Below, one piece after another: positions 1 to 10,024 of a stretch of DNA of 64,000 nucleotides (the first letter of the stretch is position 1; every line of letters starts with the position of its first letter). The position numbers were made by a program, and so were the translations under genes. The notes under the pieces were generated by a model. It had not been told where the DNA came from, did no database searches, and was given only the letters and a program-made list of their open reading frames with translations. The stretch covers positions 102,641-166,640 of the forward strand of contig CAYOSQ010000003.1 in NCBI GenBank assembly GCA_964406665.1, written 5' to 3'. Source of the DNA: an uncultured Planctomycetia bacterium. GTDB taxonomy: Bacteria; Omnitrophota; Gorgyraeia; VGKH01; JBHPFN01.

Positions 1-203
<203 letters not shown>

Positions 204-206
204 ATC

Positions 207-770
207 ATGATAGTTGTAATAGATAATTATGATTCTTTTACTTATAACTTAGTTCAGTATTTAGGAGAACTAGGCGAGGATCTAAAGATTTTCCGTAACG
301 ATAAGACTACGGTTGAAAAAATAAGAAAGCTAAAGCCTAAACAGATAATTATTTCTCCAGGCCCGGGTAGGCCAAAAGATGCTGGTATTTCAAAATCAGT
401 AATTAAGGAACTCTCCGGTAAGATACCTATTTTAGGTGTATGCTTAGGCCATCAATGTATCGGTGAGGTTTTCGGTGGAAAAATAATACAGGCGAAAAAG
501 CTTATGCACGGCAAGACATCTTTTATTTACCATAACAAAAAAACAATCTTTGAGAATCTTAAGAATCCTTTTGAAGCCACGAGATATCATTCTTTGGTTG
601 TAGATAAAAAGACATTTCCTAAATGTCTAGAAATCATCGCTCAAACCAAAGATAAAGAAATCATGGGGCTTAAGCATAAGACTTTACCGGTTTGGGGAGT
701 GCAGTTTCATCCGGAATCAATTTTAACCAAAGCAGGAAAAGATTTATTAAGGAATTTTTTAAAACAATGA
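207..770 (+). CDS. trpG: anthranilate synthase component II / glutamine amidotransferase (TrpG/PabA type)
   Basis: N-terminus MIVVIDNYDSFTYNLVQYL, catalytic GVCLGHQ and C-terminal HPES are class-I GATase hallmarks; followed by trpDCF. Confidence 0.85.
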   Translation: MIVVIDNYDSFTYNLVQYLGELGEDLKIFRNDKTTVEKIRKLKPKQIIISPGPGRPKDAGISKSVIKELSGKIPILGVCLGHQCIGEVFGGKIIQAKKLMHGKTSFIYHNKKTIFENLKNPFEATRYHSLVVDKKTFPKCLEIIAQTKDKEIMGLKHKTLPVWGVQFHPESILTKAGKDLLRNFLKQ

Positions 771-1780
771 TTAACGAAATCAATAGTAAATTGAAAGAAA
801 AGTCGGATTTATCCGTTGAAGAAATTCAGAATGTCTTTAAGCAAATAATGAGTGGTAAGTTGGCAAAAGAAGACATTGTATCTTTTTTAATCGCATTGAA
901 AGAAAAAGGTGAAACCGCAGAAGAAATTTCTGGTGCAGCAAGCATTATGCGAGAATTTGCAAATAGGATAGATGATTTAAAAGTTGCGGCAGTCGATACT
1001 TGTGGAACCGGAGGAGATAACGCCGGGACGTTTAATATTTCTACTGTGAGTGCATTTGTTGTTGCAGGAGCAGGTCAATCAGTGGCTAAACATGGAAATC
1101 GCTCAGTATCCAGTAAGTGCGGAAGCGCTGATCTTCTCGAAGCTTTAGGGGTTAATATTTCTGTAGATAAAGAGATAGTAGCAAAATGCATTAATGAGAT
1201 CGGCATAGGATTTCTATTTGCTCGAAGTTTTCATCCGGCAATGAAATATGCTGCAGAAGCCAGGAAAGAGATTGCAACGCGTACTATATTTAATATCTTG
1301 GGCCCCCTTACTAATCCTGCCGGTACAAAGCATCAACTTTTAGGTGTATTTGATGCCAGTTTGACATTACCTATTTGCACAGCTTTGAAAAATCTGGGAC
1401 TAAGACATGCTATGGTAGTTCATGGAATGGATGGCTTAGATGAGGTAACAACCACTGCAGCAACAGCTGTGTGTGAGTTAAAAGATGAACAAATTAATAC
1501 TTATGATATATTTCCTGAAAATTTCGGAATCCCGAGAACATCTATGGATTTGTTAAAAAGTGATGGTGTAGAAGACAATGTTGCTATTGCTGAAGAAATC
1601 TTAGAGGGAAAAATCTCCGCAAAGCGAGACATAGTAGTTTTAAATGCCGCTTGTGCTCTCTATGTGGGAGATAAAGTTAAAGATATAAAAGAAGGAGTAA
1701 AATTAGCGTCTCATTCTATTGATTCGGGAAATGCCAGAAAGAAACTAGATTTGTTGCGTCAATATACCAAAAATAGCTGA
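767..1780 (+). CDS. trpD: anthranilate phosphoribosyltransferase
   Basis: GTGGDNAGTFNISTVSAFVVAGAG and NPAG motifs. Start moved to the ATG at 767 (ATGA overlap with the trpG stop), because the 692 start would overlap trpG by 79 nt. Confidence 0.88.
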   Translation: MINEINSKLKEKSDLSVEEIQNVFKQIMSGKLAKEDIVSFLIALKEKGETAEEISGAASIMREFANRIDDLKVAAVDTCGTGGDNAGTFNISTVSAFVVAGAGQSVAKHGNRSVSSKCGSADLLEALGVNISVDKEIVAKCINEIGIGFLFARSFHPAMKYAAEARKEIATRTIFNILGPLTNPAGTKHQLLGVFDASLTLPICTALKNLGLRHAMVVHGMDGLDEVTTTAATAVCELKDEQINTYDIFPENFGIPRTSMDLLKSDGVEDNVAIAEEILEGKISAKRDIVVLNAACALYVGDKVKDIKEGVKLASHSIDSGNARKKLDLLRQYTKNS

Positions 1781-2562
1781 TGCATGATTTTTTATCAAAA
1801 ATAATCCAGGAAAAAAGGGATCATCTTGAAAAGCTTAAACAGCTTATTCCGGATATTGAATCAAAAGCAAAATCAAAAGATCCTCACAAAGATACATTAT
1901 TTAAAGATGCTTTATCTAATCAGAAGAAATTTAGCTTGATCGCTGAGATAAAGAAATCGTCTCCGTCAAAAGGTTTGATAAGAAAAGATTTCAACCCAGT
2001 GTCGCTAGCTAAGGCCTATGAAGGCTTTGGGGCAGATGCGCTTTCGGTTTTAACAGAAGCAAGCTTTTTTGAAGGGGATGTGTCGCATATAAAAGAAGTC
2101 AGCGGTGTTGTCGCGCTTCCTATTCTTCGGAAGGATTTTATAATAGATTCATATCAAATTTATGAATCTTTTTTAATTGGCGCTCGTGCTATTTTGTTGA
2201 TTGCAGCTATATTAACAGAAAAAGAACTTGATGATTTTATCTTACTTGCACAATCATTAGGGATTGATTGTTTGGTTGAGGTGCACAACAAAGAAGAATT
2301 AGGTAAAGCAATTAATACATCTGCAGAAATTATCGGAGTGAATAATCGTAATCTACGTACACTTGATGTTTCTTTGGATACTTCAAAAGAAATAATTCCT
2401 TTAATACCAAAAGATAAAATAATCGTTGCCGAAAGCGGTATCGCCACTAGGGAAGATATGGTTGTTTTGGAAAAGTTAGGTGTTGATGCGGTTTTAGTCG
2501 GAGAAGCACTGCTTAAAAGTGATAACATAGAAATAAAGATAAAAGAATTGATGGCATGGTAA
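1780..2562 (+). CDS. trpC: indole-3-glycerol phosphate synthase
   Basis: LSVLTEASFFEGD, LRKDFIIDSYQIYES and a TIM-barrel IGPS pattern; sits in the trp operon. Confidence 0.88.
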   Translation: MHDFLSKIIQEKRDHLEKLKQLIPDIESKAKSKDPHKDTLFKDALSNQKKFSLIAEIKKSSPSKGLIRKDFNPVSLAKAYEGFGADALSVLTEASFFEGDVSHIKEVSGVVALPILRKDFIIDSYQIYESFLIGARAILLIAAILTEKELDDFILLAQSLGIDCLVEVHNKEELGKAINTSAEIIGVNNRNLRTLDVSLDTSKEIIPLIPKDKIIVAESGIATREDMVVLEKLGVDAVLVGEALLKSDNIEIKIKELMAW

Positions 2563-3230
2563 ATAAATCAAAAATACCTCCCTTAGGCAAAGCAAATTCC
2601 GGAAAAACCAGAGTTAAGGTTTGTGGTATAACTAATCTTAGTGATGCTAAGGTTGCAGTTGCTGCCGGCGTAGATGCCCTAGGGTTTATTTTTTATAGCA
2701 AAAGTAAGCGTTATATTGCTCCCCAAAAAGCAAAAGAGATAATTGTCCAGTTACCTAAATCGGTTAAGAAAGTTGGTGTATTCGTTAACTCTGACAAAAA
2801 ACGAGTTAGAAATATATTCAGATTATGCAAGCTGGACGTTTTGCAGTTTCACGGAGATGAATCTACTAAATATTGTAAGGATTTCAAGAATTATGCAGTT
2901 ATAAAAGCAATTCGAATTAAGAATCGCAGAAGCTTAGAGTGTATTGAGAATTATAAAGTTAGCTCTTTTATCTTGGATACGTTTGATAAAAGTAGGTTTG
3001 GTGGCACGGGCAAGATTTTTAAATGGGATTTAGTAAAAGAAATAAAGTGTTTCAATAGGCCGATTATTCTTTCCGGTGGTCTTACAGCTAATAATATTAA
3101 GGCTGCAATCAGACAAATAAAGCCGTATGCTGTAGATGCATCTTCCGGATTAGAAATCTCTCCGGGAAGAAAAGACCATAAACTTATAGAAAAGTTTGTT
3201 CGGGCTGCAAAGAATACAAAAATTACCTAG
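2556..3230 (+). CDS. trpF: phosphoribosylanthranilate isomerase
   Basis: VKVCGITNLSDAKVAVAAGVDALGFIFYSKSKRYI and QFHGDES are PRAI motifs; overlaps the trpC end. Confidence 0.85.
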   Translation: MVNKSKIPPLGKANSGKTRVKVCGITNLSDAKVAVAAGVDALGFIFYSKSKRYIAPQKAKEIIVQLPKSVKKVGVFVNSDKKRVRNIFRLCKLDVLQFHGDESTKYCKDFKNYAVIKAIRIKNRRSLECIENYKVSSFILDTFDKSRFGGTGKIFKWDLVKEIKCFNRPIILSGGLTANNIKAAIRQIKPYAVDASSGLEISPGRKDHKLIEKFVRAAKNTKIT

Positions 3231-3251
3231 CCCCTGTCCATTTATTTCAAT

Positions 3252-4268
3252 ATGAAAAAAGATACTTTTTATTTTCAGTGGCATATAACAAATTTATGTA
3301 ACTTACGCTGTAAGCATTGTTATCAGGATGATTTTTCTTCTGATAATGAATTACAGTTTCCGCAACTTAAGATTGTTGCTAATAATATTTTTAATACGCT
3401 TAAGATGTGGAATAAAGATGCCTTGATAACAATAACCGGTGGAGAACCTCTGGTAAAGAAGGAAACCTTTGCACTGCTTGGTCACTTGAATAATTCCGAA
3501 GTAGTTAAAGAGCTTAATATAATTACTAACGCAACTTTGTTTGATAAAAAAACAGTTGATGGTTTAAAGTATATTCCTAAGCTTAAAAGAGTAAAATTTT
3601 CTCTTGAGGGGCTGACAGAGGAATCTAATGATTTCATTCGCGGAAAAGGCTCATTTAAAAGAATAATGAACACCTTAGAATTATTGCGGGCACAGGATCA
3701 TGTTAAGATTCATCTTATGTTTACTCTTATGAAAAGCAATATGAAAGATATTCCAAAATTATTTTCTTTCTGTATTAAAAATGGAATTCAGGGTGTTATA
3801 TTAGAGCGTTTTATTCCCATAGGAGAAGGGAAGCAAATAAAAGATGAAGTATTATCCAGCGAAGATTGGCGGGAAGTAGCTAATTTATTAATTGAGTTTT
3901 GTCAGCTCAATATTGAGGAAAAAGACATATTGAGTCAACGGGCTTTCTGGATAAAGTTTATTGAAGGAAGTCATCCAGAAGTATTGGGTGCTCCGTGTAC
4001 TGTTAGCTGTGATGGGCTTTGTGTTATGCCGGATGCTACAGTTTATCCCTGTAGAAGATTTAATCTACCAATTGGTAATCTACTTAAAGAAAAGCTTGAT
4101 GATATTTGGAGTAATTCAAAAGTTCTTAACGCAGTTAAGGAAAAGAAAAACTTAAAAGGAAAGTGCAGTTCTTGTGTAATTAATGATTGTCGGGGTTGTC
4201 GTGCTTTGGCTTATGCTTTAACCGATGATTATTTAGCCGAAGATCTGCAGTGCTGGTATAATGGCTGA
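3252..4268 (+). CDS. radical SAM / SPASM-domain protein (AhbD/NirJ/PqqE-like architecture)
   Basis: N-terminal CNLRCKHCY (CxxxCxxC) and a C-terminal Cys-rich SPASM region (CVMPDATVYPC ... CSSCVINDCRGC). Confidence 0.75.
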   Translation: MKKDTFYFQWHITNLCNLRCKHCYQDDFSSDNELQFPQLKIVANNIFNTLKMWNKDALITITGGEPLVKKETFALLGHLNNSEVVKELNIITNATLFDKKTVDGLKYIPKLKRVKFSLEGLTEESNDFIRGKGSFKRIMNTLELLRAQDHVKIHLMFTLMKSNMKDIPKLFSFCIKNGIQGVILERFIPIGEGKQIKDEVLSSEDWREVANLLIEFCQLNIEEKDILSQRAFWIKFIEGSHPEVLGAPCTVSCDGLCVMPDATVYPCRRFNLPIGNLLKEKLDDIWSNSKVLNAVKEKKNLKGKCSSCVINDCRGCRALAYALTDDYLAEDLQCWYNG

Positions 4269-5160
4269 AGGTAGTTATATTAATTTACATGCATGTGGAA
4301 AACTTACTGAATATAGAAAAATTCTGTATGAAATATTAAAGTCTTGCGAGCTTTGTGCTAGAAAATGCAAAGTTGACAGAACAAAAGGAGAGATAGGGTT
4401 CTGTCATTCTACCGATGAGTTAAAAGTTTCTAGCATCGGGCCTCATTTCGGCGAAGAGCCAGAGCTAATAGGAAGCCACGGTTCAGGAACTGTATTTTTA
4501 ACTAATTGTAATCTCGGCTGTGTTTACTGCCAAAATTACGATATTAGTCATTTAGGAAAAGGTGAAATAATATCTGCAAAAGAGCTAGCTATTAAATTGC
4601 TTTATTTGCAAAACATCGGTTGCCATAACATAAACTTTGTATCTCCTACCCACTTTTTACCGCAGGTTGTCGAAGCAGTTGAATATGCATGTCAGGATGG
4701 TTTGTGTATTCCCTTGGTATATAATTGCGGAGGATACGAAAATAAAGATATAATAAATTTGATTGAAGATGTTTTTGATATTTATATGCCTGATATAAAA
4801 TATTCAGATTGCATAAAATCCAAAGAATATTCTGCAGCCGAAGATTATTTTGATGTTGTTAAGGAAGTTATAAAAGAAATGCATAGGCAAGTGGGAGATC
4901 TTAATGTTCAAGATGGCATAGCCGTTAGGGGATTATTGGTAAGGCATTTAGTGCTTCCTAATAATGCGGCTGGTTCAAGAGAAGCGCTATCTTTTCTTGC
5001 AGAAGAAATTTCAAAAGAAACATATGTTAACATTATGGATCAATATCGACCAGTATACCAGGCGGATAAGTTTCTTGATATAGACCGAAGACCAGAACGT
5101 GAGGAGTTTGAAGCTGTTATCGAGATAGCTAAAGAGCTTGGTTTGCATCGCGGTTTTTAA
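4261..5160 (+). CDS. radical SAM protein, PflX-like (COG1313-type)
   Basis: N-terminal CELCARKCKV...GFCH zinc-ribbon-like cluster followed by the radical SAM CNLGCVYCQN motif; ATGA overlap with the previous gene. Confidence 0.6.
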   Translation: MAEGSYINLHACGKLTEYRKILYEILKSCELCARKCKVDRTKGEIGFCHSTDELKVSSIGPHFGEEPELIGSHGSGTVFLTNCNLGCVYCQNYDISHLGKGEIISAKELAIKLLYLQNIGCHNINFVSPTHFLPQVVEAVEYACQDGLCIPLVYNCGGYENKDIINLIEDVFDIYMPDIKYSDCIKSKEYSAAEDYFDVVKEVIKEMHRQVGDLNVQDGIAVRGLLVRHLVLPNNAAGSREALSFLAEEISKETYVNIMDQYRPVYQADKFLDIDRRPEREEFEAVIEIAKELGLHRGF

Positions 5161-5175
5161 ATAAGGGGATTTAGT

Positions 5176-5757
5176 TTGACTGTATATTCAGCAGTTAAAA
5201 AAAGAAGAAGCATTAGAAGGTTTAAAAAAAAGCGTATCCCGTATTTTATTTTACGTAAATTAGTTGATGTGGCACGCCTAGCTCCGACAGCGGCAAATTT
5301 TCAACCTTTAGAGTTCGTCATCGTAGACAAAAAAAAGTTACTAGATGACGTATTCCAGCATCTTAGGTGGGCCGGGTATCTTAAGAAAAAAGGCGCCCCG
5401 GAAGAAGGTAGGCGACCGGTTGCCTATATTGTTGTATTGGTAAATAAGAATAGATGTAAGTTTCCGCAATATGTGCAGACAGATTTGGGTGCTGCTGCTG
5501 AAAATATTCTACTTACTGCTGTTGAGGAGGGTTTGGGAGCTTGCTGGATTGGTGCTATGGATAAAAAGAAAATTTCTGGAATTTTACAGTTACCAAAGTT
5601 CTTATCGGCAGAATATACTATTGCTTTGGGATATCCGGATGAGATCTCAAAAATTGAGGTTTTAAAAAGAAGTCATAAATACTATAAAGACAAAAACGCA
5701 GTTATGCATGTTCCTAAACGCAAAATTTCTGCTGTATTACATAGAAATGGTAGATAG
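5176..5757 (+). CDS. nitroreductase family protein
   Basis: KRRSIRRF N-terminal motif and a nitroreductase fold signature; the start is probably TTG at 5176, after an AAGGGGA ribosome-binding site. Confidence 0.7.
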   Translation: MTVYSAVKKRRSIRRFKKKRIPYFILRKLVDVARLAPTAANFQPLEFVIVDKKKLLDDVFQHLRWAGYLKKKGAPEEGRRPVAYIVVLVNKNRCKFPQYVQTDLGAAAENILLTAVEEGLGACWIGAMDKKKISGILQLPKFLSAEYTIALGYPDEISKIEVLKRSHKYYKDKNAVMHVPKRKISAVLHRNGR

Positions 5758-5774
5758 TTTTTTAAGGAGGAAAT

Positions 5775-6467
5775 GTGAAATTTAATTTTTATTCACGAAA
5801 ATCAATTACTCGTATAGCGATAATCGCCATTGTGGTTTTGTTGCTAGTATCAACAGTCTATTTTCCTAAAATTCGCTCGACAACACTTAATTTTTTAAGC
5901 ACGGTGTATCTTGTTAAGGGTAATATTGCTGTGAAAAAAGGGACTGTAGATAAGGGGATATCTTTTTATATGAGAGGTCTGGAGTTTAAACCTGAAGATG
6001 AAAGAATTTATAATCAGCTTTCCGTAGCTTTCCAGAAACAGCAACGCTATGGGGAATCAGTTAATGCTTCCGAAGAAGCAATAAGAATTAATCCTGAGTT
6101 TCTTCGCGCTTATATGAATCTGGCAGTTACATATCGTAAGATGGGGCATTATTTAGATTCTATCAAAGTTTGTAAACGTACGTTGGAAGTTTCTCCGGAT
6201 TTTGCTAAGGCATATTGTAGCATGGGTTGGGCTTATGAGGATATGGGCAATTATGATATGGCTATTGAATGTCATAAGAAGGCACTTAAAATGAAACCTA
6301 ACTATCATTATGCGCGTTATAGATTAGCATTATGTTATATTGAGATAAACGACAATAAAGCAGCCTTAAAAGAATATGAACTTCTTAAAGAAATGATGCC
6401 CCTTTTAGCCAAAGAGATAGCTGAAAAGATTTACGGAAAATTAGAGAAGACTGACTATTATCGGTAA
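5775..6467 (+). CDS. TPR-repeat protein with N-terminal transmembrane anchor
   Basis: Multiple 34-residue TPR-like units (AYxNLA..Y...G.Y..A); GTG start after AAGGAGG. Confidence 0.55.
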   Translation: MKFNFYSRKSITRIAIIAIVVLLLVSTVYFPKIRSTTLNFLSTVYLVKGNIAVKKGTVDKGISFYMRGLEFKPEDERIYNQLSVAFQKQQRYGESVNASEEAIRINPEFLRAYMNLAVTYRKMGHYLDSIKVCKRTLEVSPDFAKAYCSMGWAYEDMGNYDMAIECHKKALKMKPNYHYARYRLALCYIEINDNKAALKEYELLKEMMPLLAKEIAEKIYGKLEKTDYYR

Positions 6468-6480
6468 TTAAGGAGAAAAT

Positions 6481-6900
6481 ATGAAATCTTTTTACTGGGC
6501 ATTACTTACAGCACTTGTTTGGGGTATGGTTCCTTTATTAGAGAAAATGGGCATAGCTAAGACTACAGTAGCTACCGGAATATTTTTGCGTTGCACGGGG
6601 GTTCTTGTAGGGGTAATTCTGCTTATGATTTTCAAGTTTGAAGCTGTCAAAGGCGCATTTTCCGTAAATCCCAAAGCTGCTATATATATAATGGCTGGTG
6701 GGATAATGGCAAGTTTTATTGGTCAGATATTCTTTTATAAGGCTTTAAAACACGGGGAGCTTTCTAAAGCAGTTCCTGTAGCAGCCGCGTATCCGTTAGT
6801 TTCTTTTATTCTGGGGTTAATATTTTTGTCTGAAAAACTAACAGTAGCTAAATGTTTCGGCGTGTCTTTTGTTTTAGCTGGAATTATATTGCTTAAATAA
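6481..6900 (+). CDS. small EamA-like (DMT superfamily) membrane protein
   Basis: 139 aa with four predicted TM helices, in an EamA-domain-like arrangement. Confidence 0.45.
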   Translation: MKSFYWALLTALVWGMVPLLEKMGIAKTTVATGIFLRCTGVLVGVILLMIFKFEAVKGAFSVNPKAAIYIMAGGIMASFIGQIFFYKALKHGELSKAVPVAAAYPLVSFILGLIFLSEKLTVAKCFGVSFVLAGIILLK

Positions 6901-6924
6901 TAGTAATTTTAAACCGATTAAAGA

Positions 6925-7641
6925 ATGAGTAAAAAAGATAAATTAAAAAAAATTAGTTTTAAACAAATGAAAAGGACAATTCGTCTTTTAATAATTGTTA
7001 TTGTAATTTGTGCAGGTATTATTGTTTCTCATAATTTAATGCGATACTTTAACGAAAATAAAATCTTAAAAGAAGTTGTCTTAAGATTGCAGGCGGATTC
7101 GCGAATCGCCGAGATACTTGTTACCAACATTTATTATGATGAGGCGCAGAACAAAACTTTTACTACCATTAAGTTCTTAGAATATGATGCTAAGGGTAAT
7201 TCGCTGAAACCACGTTATTTTACACTTCCGGGAAATATAATACAGTTTCAGTCTCTGGTGATTAGGTTTGATGATTTTTTTGTAAAAGATAACGATCCGT
7301 TAAAGGGAAAGAGCGCGTATCTTTTCTGGAAAGTATTTGTGCTTGATGGGGTCAATACTGTATCTTACGATTTAACAAGGGTAAACGAGATACCACTTGG
7401 GTATAAGATAGAAGGTTTAGATAATTCTTTTGAGGAGAAATTGTGGCGAGAGTTTTGGATGTTTGCATTAGATTCTGAAAAGGCAAAGAATATGGGTATC
7501 AAAAATGCCCAGATTGAAGCGCCTGGTACAATGTTTATACCCGGAACAATTTATACAATAAGAATAGAGCATGACGGAGGAATGCGTATTGATGTTCGAC
7601 CTTTACCTGAAATTTTAAAGGGAGAGTCTATTCCTAAGTAG
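6925..7641 (+). CDS. hypothetical membrane-anchored protein
   Basis: N-terminal TM helix (LLIIVIVICAGIIV); no recognisable domain. Confidence 0.4.
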   Translation: MSKKDKLKKISFKQMKRTIRLLIIVIVICAGIIVSHNLMRYFNENKILKEVVLRLQADSRIAEILVTNIYYDEAQNKTFTTIKFLEYDAKGNSLKPRYFTLPGNIIQFQSLVIRFDDFFVKDNDPLKGKSAYLFWKVFVLDGVNTVSYDLTRVNEIPLGYKIEGLDNSFEEKLWREFWMFALDSEKAKNMGIKNAQIEAPGTMFIPGTIYTIRIEHDGGMRIDVRPLPEILKGESIPK

Positions 7642-7738
7642 AAATTGTATTCTTTTGTAAAAAAGGGAAGGGTAAAGATGGTTTTAAGTATTATAAAATT
7701 AACAATGCCCAGTAACAAAATTTAAAAAGGAGATAGAA

Positions 7739-8422
7739 ATGAGCAAAAGATTTACATTGGTTTTATTGATAATAACTTTTTCTTTTCTTCAAGGATGTTC
7801 TTTATTTATGGTAAAGGATAAGGCAAAACTGGAAAACCTTGAAGTTGAAGTAAGATATTTAAAAAATCAACTTGATAAGGTAACCGAAGAAAAAGATGCA
7901 GCTATTAATAGGCTACAAAGTGAAAAAACCAGAGAGATTACGAAGCTTGAAGAAGCAAAGTCAGAACTTGAGCGTTCTTTAATAAAAGAAATCGGTGAGT
8001 ATAAGGCGAAATTGGAAATGACTGAAAGAGGGCTAGTTATTACTTTTTTAACTGAGATTTTCTTTGATTCTGGAAAAGACGTGGTTCGCGATGAAGGTCA
8101 GGAGGTTCTTGCTAAAGTAGCGGAAGTTCTGAATTCTAACGTGCCAGATTCTTTTATCGCCGTAGAAGGGCATACTGATAATGTACCTATAAAATATTCC
8201 GGCTGGAGGTCAAACTGGGAGCTTTCATCTGCTCGAGCTTTAGCTGTGTTGCATTATTTAATTGAACAGGCTGAAGTAAAGCCCGAAAGACTCTCGGCAA
8301 ACGGATATGGAGAATATAGGCCTGTTGATTCTAATGAGGCAGAAGAAGGTCAACAGCAAAATAGACGAGTAGAAATCGTAATTTTACCAGAGAAGATAAA
8401 GAAGGTAAAATCTGAGGAATAG
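7739..8422 (+). CDS. OmpA-family lipoprotein with coiled-coil region
   Basis: Lipobox LQGCS, a long coiled coil, and a C-terminal OmpA-like peptidoglycan-binding domain (NRRVEIVI). Confidence 0.7.
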   Translation: MSKRFTLVLLIITFSFLQGCSLFMVKDKAKLENLEVEVRYLKNQLDKVTEEKDAAINRLQSEKTREITKLEEAKSELERSLIKEIGEYKAKLEMTERGLVITFLTEIFFDSGKDVVRDEGQEVLAKVAEVLNSNVPDSFIAVEGHTDNVPIKYSGWRSNWELSSARALAVLHYLIEQAEVKPERLSANGYGEYRPVDSNEAEEGQQQNRRVEIVILPEKIKKVKSEE

Positions 8423-8444
8423 CCGTAAGCTTAATAATACACTA

Positions 8445-9257
8445 ATGAGTTTATTTAAAAAGATTACCAGTTTACAGAATATAAGAATCAAAGAAGTTGC
8501 TAAATTACGGCAGAGAAAGTTTAGGGATATCTCTAGCTTAACTATTGTAGAAGGAGTAAGGGAAATATCCCAAGCATTAAAGGCAAATATCCGCATTCAG
8601 GAATTTTATTTCTGTAAAGATTGTATTTCTGGAAAAGAGAATGATGCATTAATCAGAAATATTTCTTCTTGTTGTAAAGCTGTGTTTGAAGTGTCTGATA
8701 AGGTATTTAAAAAAATTGCTTTTGGAGATAGACTTGAAGGTTGCCTTGCCGTTGTTAGGCCTTCAGTTTATAGTTTGGATAATTTAAAATTAGGAAAAAA
8801 TCCCTTTTTGGTTGTGGTCGAAAAAGTTGAAAAACCAGGGAATATCGGTGCAATATTAAGGACGTGTGATGCTGCTGGAGTTACAGGATTGATTATTTGT
8901 GATGCAGCCACAGACATATATAATCCTAATGTCATACGAGCAAGCCTGGGAGCTGTGTTTTCTGTCAAAGTTGTACAAGGTTTAAATCAGGAAGTATTCA
9001 AGTTTCTCAAAAGAAACAATATTTCAACATATGCTACTACTCCTTATTCTAGTTCATTGTATGCAGATGTTGATTTTACTAAACCTTCTGCCATTATTCT
9101 CGGTAGTGAGCAGGATGGTTTAACTGATTTTTGGCTTGAGAATTCAGATGAAAAGATAACAATTCCCATGAAGGGAAAAGTTGATTCTTTAAATGTTTCT
9201 GCGTCTGCGGCAGTAACAGTTTTTGAAGTTGTTCGTCAGAGAAGTTTTCTTAAATAA
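8445..9257 (+). CDS. TrmH/SpoU-family RNA 2'-O-methyltransferase
   Basis: GNIGAILRTCDAAGV and LNVSASAAV SPOUT motifs. Confidence 0.8.
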   Translation: MSLFKKITSLQNIRIKEVAKLRQRKFRDISSLTIVEGVREISQALKANIRIQEFYFCKDCISGKENDALIRNISSCCKAVFEVSDKVFKKIAFGDRLEGCLAVVRPSVYSLDNLKLGKNPFLVVVEKVEKPGNIGAILRTCDAAGVTGLIICDAATDIYNPNVIRASLGAVFSVKVVQGLNQEVFKFLKRNNISTYATTPYSSSLYADVDFTKPSAIILGSEQDGLTDFWLENSDEKITIPMKGKVDSLNVSASAAVTVFEVVRQRSFLK

Positions 9258-9275
9258 ATTAATCGAGATATTTTT

Positions 9276-10013
9276 ATGAAACAGATTAGCCCTGAAAAAT
9301 TTGGATTGAGGTTGCAGGTTTTTTTGTCTCGTAGTGGAGTGTGTTCAAGAAGAGAAGCCTTGAAGTTTATACAAGAGGGGTGTGTTTCGTTAAACGGAAA
9401 GACTGAAAAAGAGCCGTCTACTTTGATAAATCCCGAAAAAGACGAGATTGTATTTCGTGGTAAGATTATTAAAGAAAAACCATACACTTATATTTTGCTT
9501 AATAAGCCAAAGGGGTTTGTTACGACCGTAGAAGATAGATATGCTAAGAAGACCGTTTTGGATTTATTGCCTGGTAAATTTCGCCATCTACGTCCAACAG
9601 GCCGGCTGGATAAAGATACCGAGGGATTGCTTTTATTAACAAATGACGGAGAGTTGATTTATAGGCTTACTCATCCTAGTTTTAATGTTGAAAAAACCTA
9701 CTTTGTGCGCGCAACTGGTCAGCTTAAGAATTCAAGTATAAGGCGTCTCGAGAGAGGAGTTAGAATAGAAAGGAAACTTACTCATCCGGCTAAAATATCG
9801 AGTGTTAGGTACTTAAAGAATAAGACTGAATTTCTTATTGTTATACATGAAGGCCGGAAAAGACAGATCCGCAGGATGGTTTCTATAGTTGGGCATAAGG
9901 TTTTGGATTTACGTAGAATTAAACAAGGGCCTTTAACTTTGAAACATTTAGAGCCTGGTAAGTGGAGGCTACTAAATAAACAAGAAATCCTAGAGCTTAA
10001 AGCAATACAGTAG
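9276..10013 (+). CDS. pseudouridine synthase, RsuA/RluB family (S4 domain + catalytic domain)
   Basis: N-terminal S4 domain, LNKPKG, and the catalytic RLDKDTEGLLLLTNDGEL motif. Confidence 0.8.
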   Translation: MKQISPEKFGLRLQVFLSRSGVCSRREALKFIQEGCVSLNGKTEKEPSTLINPEKDEIVFRGKIIKEKPYTYILLNKPKGFVTTVEDRYAKKTVLDLLPGKFRHLRPTGRLDKDTEGLLLLTNDGELIYRLTHPSFNVEKTYFVRATGQLKNSSIRRLERGVRIERKLTHPAKISSVRYLKNKTEFLIVIHEGRKRQIRRMVSIVGHKVLDLRRIKQGPLTLKHLEPGKWRLLNKQEILELKAIQ

Positions 10014-10024
10014 CGCAATAATTT

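Noticed and set aside
692-766. Upstream extension of trpD starting at 692 (MGSAVSS...)
   Set aside because: It would overlap trpG by 79 nt. The ATG at 767, which forms ATGA with the trpG stop, gives a normal TrpD N-terminus.
2160-2528. Minus-strand 122 aa ORF inside trpC, and similar antisense ORFs (3482-3673, 6492-6674, 8768-8968, 11155-11541, 19844-20140, 24709-24981, 39593-39835, 42744-43103, 46875-47126)
   Set aside because: Each is entirely embedded antisense within a well-supported conserved gene. None has a ribosome-binding site or a recognisable domain. They are typical shadow ORFs.
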